A DNA stretch of 63,457 bases, counting the filler, from Basidiobolus ranarum (taxonomy: Eukaryota), in NCBI GenBank assembly GCA_040143965.1. It is 2 parts of 2 records of this genome, joined end to end, with 100 filler letters (N's around TTAATTAATTAA, not from the genome) between each part and the next. Parts side by side here need not be neighbours in the genome. Positions count along the whole stretch, not along the records: positions 1 to 31,793 come from JASJQH010006963.1; 1 more part is not named here. One strand, given 5' to 3'. Below the pieces are notes generated by a model. It was given only the letters and a program-made list of their open reading frames with translations. It did not search any database and was not told the origin of the DNA. A program made the translations under genes and the position numbers. Each line of letters begins with the position of its first letter. The first letter of the stretch is position 1. Shown in pieces: positions 1-12,409 of the stretch.

Positions 1-352
1 ATCCAGTATTGTCACAATATCTTAAAAGATTGATTTCTTGATTGTCACTTTGTTTAGATTAGTATTTAAGCTAAATAAAGTCCACACCATCTGGTGCTTT
101 TCATCCCCCTACTCTACCACAAAGTTTTCTATGCTAGATTTGTCTATAAAATTGAATGAGATCTTTATGATAGGAATAACCACTATATATATAAGAAATC
201 TCAGGATGAACCTTATGCAAATTTGATGACATATTAGTTAGTACTTACCAAGATGAGATTTTGCTGATATAATTTTTCTTTAATCTGCTCAATGAGATCA
301 ATCAGGATATCATCATAAGAACAAATATAATAGGTTTAAAGTTGAAGGAGGA

Positions 353-570
353 TGCTAGAATTGGCATTGCCTAAACACCTATCTAGTCACAAATAGCTTG
401 GCATTTAGTTATCTCATACTTTACTAAGATATTGCCCATTATTCTCAATTGAAATTTACTTAGAATACTTTTACCAACTTACAAGTTCTCGGATATATAG
501 ACATTTCCAACTATTACTAGAAGCCCCAAACTTTGTACACATAACTTTGCAATTTGTCCTAATTCATGAT
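353..570 (+). repeat. Partial copia LTR preceded by a polypurine tract
   Basis: GTTGAAGGAGGA (341-352) is followed by TGCTAGAATTGGCATTGCCTAAACACC..., alignable by eye to TGTTGAAATTAGCATTGCCTAAACACC at 30744. The 3' end is approximate. Confidence 0.75.
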
Positions 571-634
571 TGTACAACTTGCTCCCTGTGATGGTGCCAG
601 ATTCTGCTCTATATATTAAAGCATTTTGGGAGCC

Positions 635-926
635 TGTGGGAAGTGGTTAGGAGAAATAGAGAAATTGGTGGTTTTCACTTATTGAGTAGAAAGTTGACAT
701 TGTTAGTTCTGTCAAGATGTAGATATATTAACATGTAGAATATGTTAAGGAAGGTCAAAGGAACATGTGTGCAAAGTCCAGAGTTTCTTTGAAAAATCTT
801 TATATCTGAGAACTTCTAAGTAAGTTCCAATTGATTAGAATAGGTGATATCTTAGTTCCATATAGGATAACTAAATACTAAGCTATATACAACTATACAG
901 ATATTTAGGCAATGATAATTTCAATG
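635..926 (-). repeat. Near full-length copia LTR (reverse orientation)
   Basis: Collinear with 31404-31730, e.g. gagtagaaagttgac, tgtagaatatgttaaggaa, tatatctgagaacttctaag, ttaggcaatg.taatttcaa. Followed on the minus strand by the same GGCTCC leader. Confidence 0.8.
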
Positions 927-2054
927 TATATCACATTGGATAAAGTATTCTAAAACTTATGTAGCATAATTCAGCAATGCATCCTGTGGTATGATCAGAT
1001 TGAATCCAAATTACTCTGATATATTGAGCCAAGGTCTGATAAATCCTGGCACAATGGAACAAAACTACACATTTGAAGGATAGTCAGGATTGTTTTCTTT
1101 AGGTAAAAACTCTTAGAAATAGAGTATTACATATCATCACTTTGGTAGAGAGGTCATAGATTATTAGCAAGTCTGGCTGGAGTAGCATCTACCTGACAAC
1201 ATGCTTGTAAAAGTTCCGACCAAGCCTTTACCAGAGCCAAATTATGTAGGGTTAAGAATTTATGTTATAATTTTGGCAGTGTTTTTGGACTTCATAATAT
1301 TATCTAACTTAGAGGCAATATGTTGAATGGTATTGTGTTTGAAGATAGGGACAACAGATAAGATAAAGAACATGAACTTGAACAGAAATACTCCTTCACC
1401 AAGAATAGGCTCCCTACTCTGTCTCAAACCTGCTTTCTACTTCAAAGCATAATTGGGCTGTGCAAATTCATAAGGCCAAAATATTTGATCTAATCTCCAA
1501 ATACTCCCTTGGGCAGATGAACCAAACATTTAATTTCAGTCTTGTGTCTTATTGTTTATATGGGATTCACAACATTATTACCACTATGCTTACTACCTTT
1601 TGCACTCATTACAGCAATTCTCTAAACCAGAATTTGTTAGTAACGTATTATGCCAAAAAATAGTGACTACACTGTTTAGTACTTTTCCTCCTCCCAACAA
1701 AGTTCTTTTTTTGAATATTGGAGAAACTCACAATTGGAAGTGCAATCTTAATCCCCTAAGTTATATTCCTAGGTAACTGTAATGACAATATTACAATAAA
1801 GACTGTGTATATATGGTCTGCTTTCAATATCATGTGACTTATATCCATTCCTATATATCTGCACACCTTTGCAATATTAGATCTACTACCAATCACATAG
1901 CTAGTACAACCCCTATTAGGTGATTCTAAGCACTCCAACTATATAATAAAATATGTTCAGACTACACATTGAAGCAAGCCGAAGAGAGCTGGACGATGTT
2001 GATTAACTATTTATCTCGGTAGCTGAATGAACTATACTGCATCCATACGCACCG

Positions 2055-2117
2055 TCAGTGTTAATGTGGATAAAGCATAGTCAATCAGTGTAGATGACCT
2101 ATCCGCATTAACACTGA
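2055..2117. repeat. Inverted repeat / hairpin with 18-bp arms
   Basis: TCAGTGTTAATGTGGATA (2055-2072) against TATCCGCATTAACACTGA (2100-2117): 17/18 complementary, and the mismatch is a U-G pair on the + strand. Confidence 0.85.
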
Positions 2118-2251
2118 ATCACCCTGCCTTTGCAACATCCAAGTAACTATTGACAAATAGAATACTCAACACAAAGTGATAAGCTTCAAAACGTATTACT
2201 TCAACAGTAAAAATTATTTAATAAAATGCTACATCTATATGCACATGTATG

Positions 2252-2931
2252 TTATAAATCCTTCAAGACTGATCTTGCTAAGGTGCAAGTAATACCAGTG
2301 TTATCGGGTTCAACATAAATCTTCTTGACAACTGCATCTTCAATCAGTATAGCAAAACGCTTAGATCTTATAGATCCCAGTACACCTATAAATCATCAAA
2401 ACTGAATTAGGATTTTAACTAGATCATGGCTTATACTTGGGATTCCATCATACCAGTTGCATCGAAACTAAGGTCCAAAGCCTTCACAAATTCCCCTTTA
2501 GGATCTGCCAACATCTTAATTTTACCATTAGTACCAAGTGACTCCGCCCATGCCTTCATAACAAAAGCATCGTTCACAGAAACACAGGCCACAAGTTCAA
2601 CTCCTTTTTGCTTTAATTCGGCATGTGCATCCAAATAGGATGGGACGTGTGTCTTGGAGCAGCCTGGAGTAAATGCACCAGGAACGCCAATAAGTATGGC
2701 ACGCTTACTACGTCTGAAAACGTCGCGTGAGGATACTTCCTTGGCGGGAGAGTCCTCCTGTAGCTGGACATTGGGGAGTAAATCGCCAACGGCGACATAG
2801 TTCAAACGGCTTGCGTGAAACCCGCGAGTTTGAACAGCCTGTTTCAAAAGATAAGCCACGGCTGATGGAAATCAAATTAACACAAGTGAAATACAAACCC
2901 TGGAAATTTGAGGAATAAATACGCGAAACAT
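2252..2931 (-). CDS. PRDX5: Peroxiredoxin, PRDX5/Ahp1 (Redoxin) family, probably mitochondrial; 3 exons
   Basis: PGAFTPGCSKTH peroxidatic motif, VSVNDAFVMKAW, MLADPKGEF. Spliced last exon reads GVLGSIRSKRFAILIEDAVVKKIYVEPDNTGITCT with a PRDX5-type resolving Cys. Predicted N-terminus MFRAVQTRGFHASR resembles a mitochondrial presequence (start exon inferred). Confidence 0.92.
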
Positions 2932-4826
2932 TATGTATCAATGCTCGTCAAGTGGTTGTCGCTAGAATGTGAGAAAGCGATTTCTTTATATACGTGAAGG
3001 GCATTCACCTGAGCCACAAAATCCCGCCATCATAGCTATTGGATGTAAGATCGGAAAAGTTTAAAGCTGACTGTACACATACTGTTATTCATGGATGAAT
3101 CCAACATGAATTCTTCCAAAAGAGGACTGGAAATAAAACCAAACCCAGGATCGAACTGTAATCACATGCCACAGCCAAGGGCAAAATAGTATTTTCTCTC
3201 GCACAAATTGCGGCACAGCAATGCTCAATATAGCTTTTGTGGCTTTGATCCGTAAGCATTTTTTCGAGGGTTGAATATATGTGTGGCTGTGAAGAGAGAG
3301 ATGCTACAACAACGATTTGGGGCATGGATATAGGGCCCCTGGCTCTGAAACCAAATTATAGTCAGAAGATCCAAGCTTTGTGATTGTCAGGCCATCAAGC
3401 AGGGTACTGTGGCCTGATATGTACAGGATGTAACCTTGATGTTACGCTCATAATAATCAATCACATCTGATTTACGAGCGCGAAGGTACTGCTTCAAATA
3501 TAATCTTATCCGGATGGTGCTCAGCATCCTATGCGCAATGGTGAAGTCATATCTTTTCACTTGGCTATGACTTACGGTTGGTGGTAAGGTGGAGTCTCGT
3601 CAACCCTAGAAATGTTATGTCAATGCTGTATAGGCAAGGCTTATTTGAATTCGGAGCCTTATTATCATGGATATGAGCATCTGTCAGCGCTCACTTCGTA
3701 GAGTGCTGGATGTAGCTCCCTAGGGATTGCTTGACGGGTGTGTCTGGTGAGATTCCTCCAATTAATATGGATGTTTATCTAGGCGGCGCAGATCGATGTA
3801 TTTAGGCAAGCAGATAAGTTCTTGCATCCACCCCTAGCCAATGGTATGTGCTAGTGGAGCATGGATGAAGACTCGTCGAGGCCAGGCTATTCGCCTTGAT
3901 GGTGGCCAGAGGCTGCTAAGAGGCTATTGATATGTGAATCAGTGCAATAACTGTACTGGAAGTATCGATGCACAGGGCAACAGTCTTGCTTTGTTGAACG
4001 AGCAGTACTATAGGCAAGTGTGATATTCCATTACCTAATTACATTCGCATCATTTTGATTGCAAATTGATAAGCAGGTATCTTCCATGTCGACAACTGAG
4101 CAGTCATTGGCACAGCAATCACTGACTTGTTCGATCACTCCTGAAAGCAACAGACCACTTCAATGCTTTGATAGACTCTCCTAGTCGTATGTAAGACAAA
4201 ACTTGCATGAATGCTGTGTTTATTCCCACCAGGACGATGGTGACAATCAACGGATTCGAAGGTCAGACAAATTCAAATCCATACAATGGTATCATCCACT
4301 CAGGAGTTTCACCAGAAAATCCGCGTCACGCAACTGCAACTCCTGATACTGGATTGGTTGGATGAGCCTTAGAGATTCAGGATTGATGAAAATCTCCGCC
4401 TCTTATATAGGGATCAGATTATTGATTTCTGATTGCTTTAATACTTATTCGCTGATTCTGAATATACGGATTCCTAATAACACATCTGCCCACGTACAAG
4501 TACTACTTGAATTATATCCAACCCAGGACCAATCAACCAGTCCACGCCTTTCTCTTGGGTCTTTTTTACTTCCACTAGCTGAACCAACTTCGCCGTACTT
4601 CACCTTTTCTCTTGTACACTGCTGTTTGTCTCTACTTCGATTCCATCCTGCTGAAGTGATCTACTAGTTGCTGAACTACTCCGTTTCAATAGAGCAAGAC
4701 TAGATTATAGATAGACATATACATATACATTTACTTACACAAAAAGTAAGCCTCGTGTCTGATATTACTTGGCTTGTTCAAAATTCTAAGCTCACATCTA
4801 GGCACACTGAATTTACCTCTCAAACC

Positions 4827-5121
4827 ATGCCTACTTCTGGATTAAACGCTATGTCCGAACAAAAGCTCAAAAAGATGACCGAATATAATCAGCGACTCAA
4901 ACGGCAACTGGACCTTCCACGAGTACCTGTCTCTCAAGCAAGCCATATGTATGTTGTTTACTCATTTTCTCCGTATTTGTCCATACTCATAATTATACCT
5001 CAGGTTAATCAAGTACGTGACTACCACCCGTGATTACCTTGTCCCTTCGGTGTGGGGAACTCCTGGTGCTAATGATCCGTTTGCCAATAAAGGAGGTGGT
5101 TGCGAATGCACCATCCTCTAA
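4827..5121 (+). CDS. Heterotrimeric G-protein gamma subunit; 2 exons (intron 4949-5003)
   Basis: Spliced product MPTSGLNAMSEQKLKKMTEYNQRLKRQLDLPRVPVSQASHMLIKYVTTTRDYLVPSVWGTPGANDPFANKGGGCECTIL: GGL domain (RVPVSQAS, DYLVPSVWG, DPF) with a C-terminal CaaX box. Confidence 0.95.
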
Positions 5122-6287
5122 ACGATACCCTAAGGCTACTTCGGATGTGCTTTTAACTTTGTTGCAGTCAGGCAATATAATTAATATAATCGCGCCTTAT
5201 TTTTGTTTAATAGTTTGTTCTATCGCGTTAAGATACCCCGCTCTTCATGGATAACTTTCACCAAGACTCAACTCGATGTAGTGAATTTTCGCCTCACTGT
5301 TTTTAGTCGCTTTATTTATTGCTATAGTATATAACCTCACGTTCATAATAATTGTTTCGACTAATCTATCTCCATTTCAATATCTTTTTCCTATGTAATC
5401 CAATTCCTTTGCATTCTATCATTTCTTTACATTTAAAGATCTGCATCCGAACATTCCCGCTCCACGGACATAATAAATGATATATCCAAACAGTTCGATA
5501 TCCTCCAATTCTCGAGATCATTAGATCTCAAATTGCGTATAAACAATGAATGGACAGATTTGAGTAATAATGAACGAATAGGCGATCGCTATTCACAGTC
5601 AATATTGCTGAAAGATGCTGATTATCCATCTTGATAGCATATTGACCGCACAGGCATCAAGGCTTCGCTTAGTTCATCGTGTTGGGGCTTGCCTATGGTC
5701 AGCATCGCCATTTTCGGCTGCAGATCAAATTCGAATCTCCATAGCTAAGAGAATCCATGATCATTGCAAAACACAAGGCTCTAGGAACGAGTATTCGCCA
5801 TACCATCGTTCTAATGGTAAGGGAACAAGCACAGTCATCCGAATTGGAGAGGGTGTTTCAACTAGAAACAATCAGGGTTTGAGGTAACCATCCGAGAATA
5901 TCTCCGTGACGTTGAAATCTCCTTGTACATCAACGTCTGCTATTCAATGGGATTGTCAGGATAAGTTGTTTGGGCCACAGAGTCAACGTTTAGAAGGATT
6001 TCAGATGTTTGAGTTCTAAAAACAATAAATAAGAGTGGGCTGAGGAAGGTGATCCGGTTTTAATATCTAAACCGTAACCTCTTTACCTTTTAAAGTGCTC
6101 TATCTCCATATTGTGAAGGCTAAAGAGTGACTCTTTTATTTATTTAAAAGGTATTTTAGCAGTCCACTCCGAATGCATTTTTGAACCGATTTTGATGAGA
6201 TGCGCTCACACCTTAGAATCACCATTCCCTTCATGTAGAGAACGATTCTATTTCCTAAAGAGTAAGCGACCAACTCGAAGTAACGAG

Positions 6288-7697
6288 ATGATTTACACAG
6301 AGTTACAGCTCACCTTATTGGAGTTCATCACGAAGGTTAGCGCATTCTCCAGCATTCTTGGGTCATCAGGAAACATCTTGGTAGGAAAGAGTCTATGATA
6401 TATAGTAGATCTTTTGATGGAAGTTACTCATTGAGGAAGATGGTAAACAAATCGGCATTTACTGACCTTTACATTGAAGGCATTTATTTTTCTGAAAAGG
6501 TTTCAAACTGTCGTGGCGCGATTAGCCTTCTTCACAGCCATTGCTGATTTACTTACGGCGATTGCCAAATTTGTAGGACGGTAAGTGGATGTTGCGTCCG
6601 CGGATATCAGCGGACTGATTGCAATGAATCAACCACATTAATTTTAAAGCTGGTTCCTTCTAGCTCTGGCTTGGAGGTGGGAAGTCAGTCTGTACTATGC
6701 CAGACCCAAGGCGTGGTGATCCAATGGGGTGATCTATCTTGTAGTATATGGAGCGCCTTGATATCCACCAACTTGATATTGATTTTATTCTTTGAATGGA
6801 GTGTACAGCGTGTAATGAAACTAGAGAAGTTTTACCTTGCATTAGCATATCTACTACCGCTATTGATAGCACTGATTCCTTATTTCTTTACAAACAAGAA
6901 TCATTCTATCGGCAACAGAATGGTTTATGGAGACGCACAGTTATGGTACGCGCGACAGTATTCGAGTAAATTTTCGATGTTTTCTAACTTAATTCGTGAT
7001 CCGCTTCCTGTACACAGGTGTTGGATCACTGCACAACACGCCCACTTACAACTCTTCCTCTTTCTCATTCCATTGTGGACAATTTTTGTTTATAACTTGG
7101 GAGTCTATATACTGGTTGGCTATCACATTTGGAAGAAAGCCAAATCCGTTAGTGCGTAAGTACGATTAAGGCTCTTTAAGAAAAGAAACTATCCTCATGG
7201 TACCATGTTATGCTTTCTAGGAATACCTACAATTCACTGAATGAGTATAAATACACATATAGTAAGAATGCCTGTCTTTATGTACTAGGGTTCCTTATCG
7301 TATGGTAAGTACGCGCTTGTTTATTTGGCACAGCTCGGTCAATAATTGTGCTCTATCTTTAATAATGATTAGGACGCCCGGTACTTTGCATCGCCTGGGC
7401 AAGGTTATATTCGGAGAAGGAAGATACGAGATAATAGTATTACATAGCATATTTTCTCCTTTGCGAGGGTTCATCAACTTCCTGACTTTTTTCTACCTTT
7501 CTTGGTTCGCCCAACTCAAAGGAGATTTGAGAGATATTCCTAGTGGAAATAATACCGATTTTACCGGTGGTACGTTTATTGAAAACATGGAACTAGACAT
7601 AGATTCGTCCCTCTTAATATACCCAGATACTACATGGATATCGGAGTTAATGGACTCTGACTCTGAACTACTACCTGCACCAAATACAAAGAAATAA
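6288..7697 (+). CDS. cAMP-receptor-like (CRL/Git3-related) 7TM GPCR; about 6 exons
   Basis: Spliced exons give RLAFFTAIADLL (TM2), LCQTQGVVIQWGDLSCSIWS (TM3), YGDAQLWCWI (ECL2), YVLGFLIVWTPGTLHR (TM6), HSIFSPLRGFINF (TM7). The frame is intact across GT-AG introns. Confidence 0.88.
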
Positions 7698-8138
7698 ATT
7701 TCATTGGAATTTTGGCCTGCCTATTCCTTGTAATTACTAAACTAGTCGCACATGATCACAATTGTTGAATGCACATAAAATGTTCATTGGCTAATCATTA
7801 AACAAGTGACCATCACTAAGTTACTAATGTCTCTATGATCGGTAAATCTCCTGCCTTTGGTTTAGGATTTTGTAGACCGGAAAGATAGTGGAATGAGTGA
7901 TGCTTTTTCTCCTCATTACATCACATGGCATCATGTTGAAAGGCTCAATGGTACAGAGCGAGGCGGAGATATTTAAGGGAAATTTCAGTGGGTAGTGTTA
8001 TAGATTTGAGGTGAAGACTGGTTATATTTGTTTGTGTGAATAGCAAGCAATCATTGTATGGAAAATAAAATGTACAGATATGAAAGAACACCGCTTTTTG
8101 GGAGGTGATATGCCAGCAGTATTTGGGGGGAGAGGGAT

Positions 8139-11100
8139 TTAGTCATCCTCTTCCGAGGTTGAGGAATGCTCGGGTTCTGATTGAGCTTCATCTTCAGACG
8201 TGGGGTTAGATTCTTGAGAATTTCGATGTAAAAGTTCTTGATCCTCATTTTCACTGCCAGAGTCGTTAGCTAGAGCGTTGTTAACTTGTTGCAGCAGCTC
8301 TTCCTCTGTTTCCACTACATTGTACTTAGCCAAATCAATGACAAAGCCTGCATTCCTGCGATCCTCAGCTCGTTTTCTAGCCATCTCACGCTCCCGTCTG
8401 AAAAATTCATCATCATCTCCTTCATCAGAATCCTCAATAAACTCTATGGATTTATATACTTTAGTTGGCTCGATCTTCTTTTTCTTCTTTAGTCTTTTTC
8501 CGTTCTCATCTCGATGTTTGCGATGCTTTTTGGGCTTCTTGGATTTTTTCTTGGATTGTTTCAGAGGTTTCCCATCTGGACGTAGCGGATTCTCCATGAA
8601 TTGATCAATTATCTCCAGATCTTCAATTAGCTCTTGCTCAGTCAAATAGCTTGGAATGGTCCACTCCATCTGATCGGGCTCACCCTCCAAGCTAGGATGA
8701 ATGTCTGGATCTTCTTCGGTGAATTTGAATAATGTCAACAATTCTCTAAATTGGGAATCATCTGTCATGGCCAGTTTGTGAGCCTCTTCAGAGGTGCGTA
8801 AAACAAAGTTGGGCAATAGCGCTTGTTCATCCAAATCCATGTGTGCATTACTTTGCTTCTCTTCGACCGACTTGGCAATCATTGACTTAAGCCATTCTAA
8901 AAGCTCGCGGTGTTCATGGGCAAGAAGGTATCCAATAGCAACCCCGATCTTCTGGCTCCAACTTAGTTGTGTGGAAAGCATATTACGTATACTGTGGATT
9001 CCTGTGTCATCACCAGAGTTGTCAGACTCATTGGAGCTTGAATCTTCATCCTAAGAAGGACATTGTTTAACAAAGGATTAGTGACTTGTGACATAGGGCA
9101 CTTGGCTCCACATCATTCTATCATAAGGAATGCCACTTACTCTAGCTCTTTTTAATCTTGCAGACTGGTCATCTTCTTTATCTTCTTTGGCAGGTTCATA
9201 CTCGTCTTCTGGTAAACCATCGTCTCCGTATTGTATTCTGATACAATCCTGTCTATATTTTGGATACAATATCTCCACCGTAAGAAGCGGGTTCTTCTCC
9301 ATGGCTTTGAACATCTGCCTGAGGCAATGTCGACTGAATTTGACTAGCTCTTTGTAGGAGGTTGTGGCACCAAGTGGGTGACCACGCTGCGCTTGAATTA
9401 ACTCGTTGAACACATTCAGAACCGAAAGTTTGTAAAAGATAGGCTCTACTTTGCTTTTGATGAACATTCGATGGAACATTGATACAATATGATAAAGATC
9501 GTTCTCATTTAAGGATTGATGGGATTCCAGAAGAATGATATAATTCTCGAGAATTGATTCCCGCGCAAATCTCTAAATCAGGTAAATAGCCCATTAATAT
9601 TCCTTCTCAGTTTTTACATTAGCAATTCAATTCAACTAACCGACTCATACTCTTGAAACTTGAATAATTTCTCCGAATAGGAAGACTGGTTTGACGTCTC
9701 TTCTTCGCCTTGGCTTGCCTCACTCTCGGCTGGATTCTCATTATCCACTGGTACGGAGTTTTCTTCGGCATTATTGGGGTTTTCATCGGAATCCTTCTTG
9801 GCTTTCTTTCGTGCTTTTGTCTTCTTGGTCCTAACGAACATATAATTCTTAGATTTCGAGAAACGCTCTAGTAGCTTCAGTAGAACATGAACGAGCTCAA
9901 CCAGGCTTCGGAGGTAGCCGATGGACTGAGCTTTGTATTGTGATATCAACGTGATGAAGAGCTTTAGTATGGACTCCTCGTAGTAAATATTGTTCTGCAA
10001 TGCATTGGCCATTTCCTGATACGTTTCATCTTCAGAAGTATACATGACATTGAGAACGTGAAAGATGTTCTTGAAGCAGTCGACTGATGTGTAAAGTTCG
10101 TCCCAATTTTTCTCTTCCATGACTTTGACCATTCTACGTACAATAAACACAATCGAGGGAACTGTCATAATCCGGGAAATAGCATCGAACCCGATTCCCT
10201 GGGATCCCTCCAGCAAGCATGTTGGATGCTCCTTGATAATCTTGTATACGTTCAAAAAGTACCCATTTAGAAAAAAGAAATTGGAGTAATCCTCTTCTTT
10301 GATGGAATGAATCTCCCTCTCTAAATCGTATCTTACTGCGGTAAACAGTGGATTAAAGCAACTCTCTAAGAAAGCAATCCCAGTTTGTTTCATACAAAGA
10401 CGACCTTCTTCGGTTTTCAACTCAGCCATGAATTTGGTTTCCTTATTTCTTCTTTTGGGTGCCAATTTCTTTTTAGTTTTATCCAAGTTGGCGGCTAGTG
10501 ATGTATATCCTGCATCTTGGGAGTGTAAGACGATATCTTTCCCTTCTCCCAGATTTACCTTGTAAGCGCCACCGAATCGATGATGTCTACTAGGCATAGC
10601 AGCTAAACTTTGCTGCTTACGTAGATCTTCTTGACGTAGTAATTCCGCCAATTTATTTGCAGAAGGATTATCTTCTGGTGGCAACAGAAAAGCACTTGGA
10701 TCAAATTTTCCGAATAAATTGCAGAAGATCTCCTGGATTGTCATATTCCAAGAGAGGTAATCGGAATCATCTGCGGAGGATGCGAAATTTAGTAATAATT
10801 CCAATAAATGGGATTCCTGTAATCTCAAGATGATTCTTTCTTGAATAAAGGCTTGTTCGTATCTTTCAGATGAATCTTGAATTGAGGCCTGTCGATCTGG
10901 GATTGCGAGTAGATTTCGAATTAGATTTAATATAAGTCCGATGAATCCATTCTCACGTTCATTTCTTTCTCGAAGGGGTTTGGAAAGCATCTTGATCAGT
11001 ACACTAAATATCCCTTCTAATAGGCCCTCCCTTAAGAATGCTTGCTTGTGCGCCCTCAAATACTCCAATGACTCAAGAGGATATTCCGACTCTTTCTCCG

Positions 11101-11586
11101 TTTTCCAAGTAAGAGGCACGAACAGTTCAACTAAATTCATGAAGAGCAGAATAATCATCAATTATCAAATGAACACATATCAATGCCAAGTGATACTAGC
11201 GACATGTTAGATGAAACTCACTTACTGCAAGCTAAACAATGTTTTTCCTGAAAAGTGTTCGTCATCTCAGAGTTCAACAGGAATATGGGTATCAAATCCT
11301 TATTTAGTATGTCCCATTTTCCCAACAACCTAATGGCTTGTTTATCAGAGGTGTAATCTTCTTGTCTTAAGAACCGTTTCAGATCTCTGAGACACTCCAA
11401 ACACTCCTCTCCTAAGACATAAAGATATTTTCCTCCATCCTCTTCGTCAGTTAGAATACATTCTTTTGGTACTTCTTCTGGGATATTTTCACATTTCTCA
11501 AACCCACCTAGAGCTGAACAAACCGAGATTAAAAGGTATTTCAACTCAGGGTCGAATTGGTCATATTCGTTTTCTAACAAAACCAT
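8139..11586 (-). CDS. TOF1: Replication fork protection protein Tof1/Swi1/Timeless; multi-exon
   Basis: N-terminal TIMELESS domain (VCSALGG...YVLGEECLECLRDLKRFLR, LVELFVPLTW, LIRNLLAI, SRHHRFGG), MFHRMFIK region, and C-terminal YKSIEFIEDSD motif. Confidence 0.93.
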
Positions 11587-12409
11587 AAAGAGTCCTTGTA
11601 ACTAAAAAGGAAGGAGATATCAACGTGGTAATATTAAAAAGTTTCGAAAGTTACGAAACGTTGCGACTTGGTTGTCTTCGTACCAAGCAATGGTAAGCAA
11701 TATCAATAAGTAGTTGAACTCCTTGTTTTGTTTATTATTCACCATTGTATTGATAAATTCCATGATTCTCTTTTGTTTACTTTGAACCTGAAAATTTTAG
11801 GATCAGCCAATCAACTCGACTCCTATTCAATCAACCAACTCGTTAATGAATGGTAAACTATCACGTGCGGAGTGGTGAATTCCACTGCTATCTCCATCCA
11901 CAGCCTACGGCCGAATCTATATATGAGTGTGTTCAAGTTGCTTAGGCGAATTGCTGAGAAAACCAACTCTCTTTTATAGACTATTTATATTTGGCTACTA
12001 AATTAAAAATATACCCTTTGTTTTTTGAAATGTGATTTCTCCTGTATAGTTTATACGTGTAAGTCAAATCACCGCTTGAGGCAGTATTGATGCCTAGGTT
12101 TTCAGATATCCAAAGTGGATGTGTATTTAGTATTTATCAAATGCAAGGAAGAGCTCCTCTTGCTATATGAAAAAAGGAGGGCTTAAGGATTTCAAGAAAT
12201 AAGATTCAATGTTACAACTGCACCAATACATCCTAGTATTTCGAGATATTCATATAACTCTATTGATACGAATCATGCAGATTATTAAGACACGAAGGCA
12301 AAATATCGAAGGATCCCATTCTACTATCACATATAATCTGAACAGAAAGGTTCATCTATTATTCAGTTTAGTGCCACACTTAGGTGATATCAGCGACGTA
12401 TTATGAGAA

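Larger units (their letters stand above)
1..1968. mobile_element. Degenerate retrotransposon island (Ty1/copia-derived LTRs plus decayed sequence)
   Basis: AT-rich with almost no CpG (a few in about 2 kb, against many after ~1970). No intact ORFs. Contains two copies of the LTR also found at 30744-31730. The 930-1968 part is not assignable to a domain. Confidence 0.75.

Noticed and set aside
2055-2117. SECIS element making the peroxiredoxin a selenoprotein
   Set aside because: The peroxidatic codon is TGC (Cys), there is no in-frame TGA, and the hairpin lacks the AUGA/GA quartet on the coding strand.
3050-4400. Relatively GC-rich, coding-like stretch (possible pseudogene); similar stretches at 5450-5990 and 14600-15700
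   Set aside because: The frames I translated contain stops and no recognisable motif; cannot be supported without a tBLASTx/HMM search.
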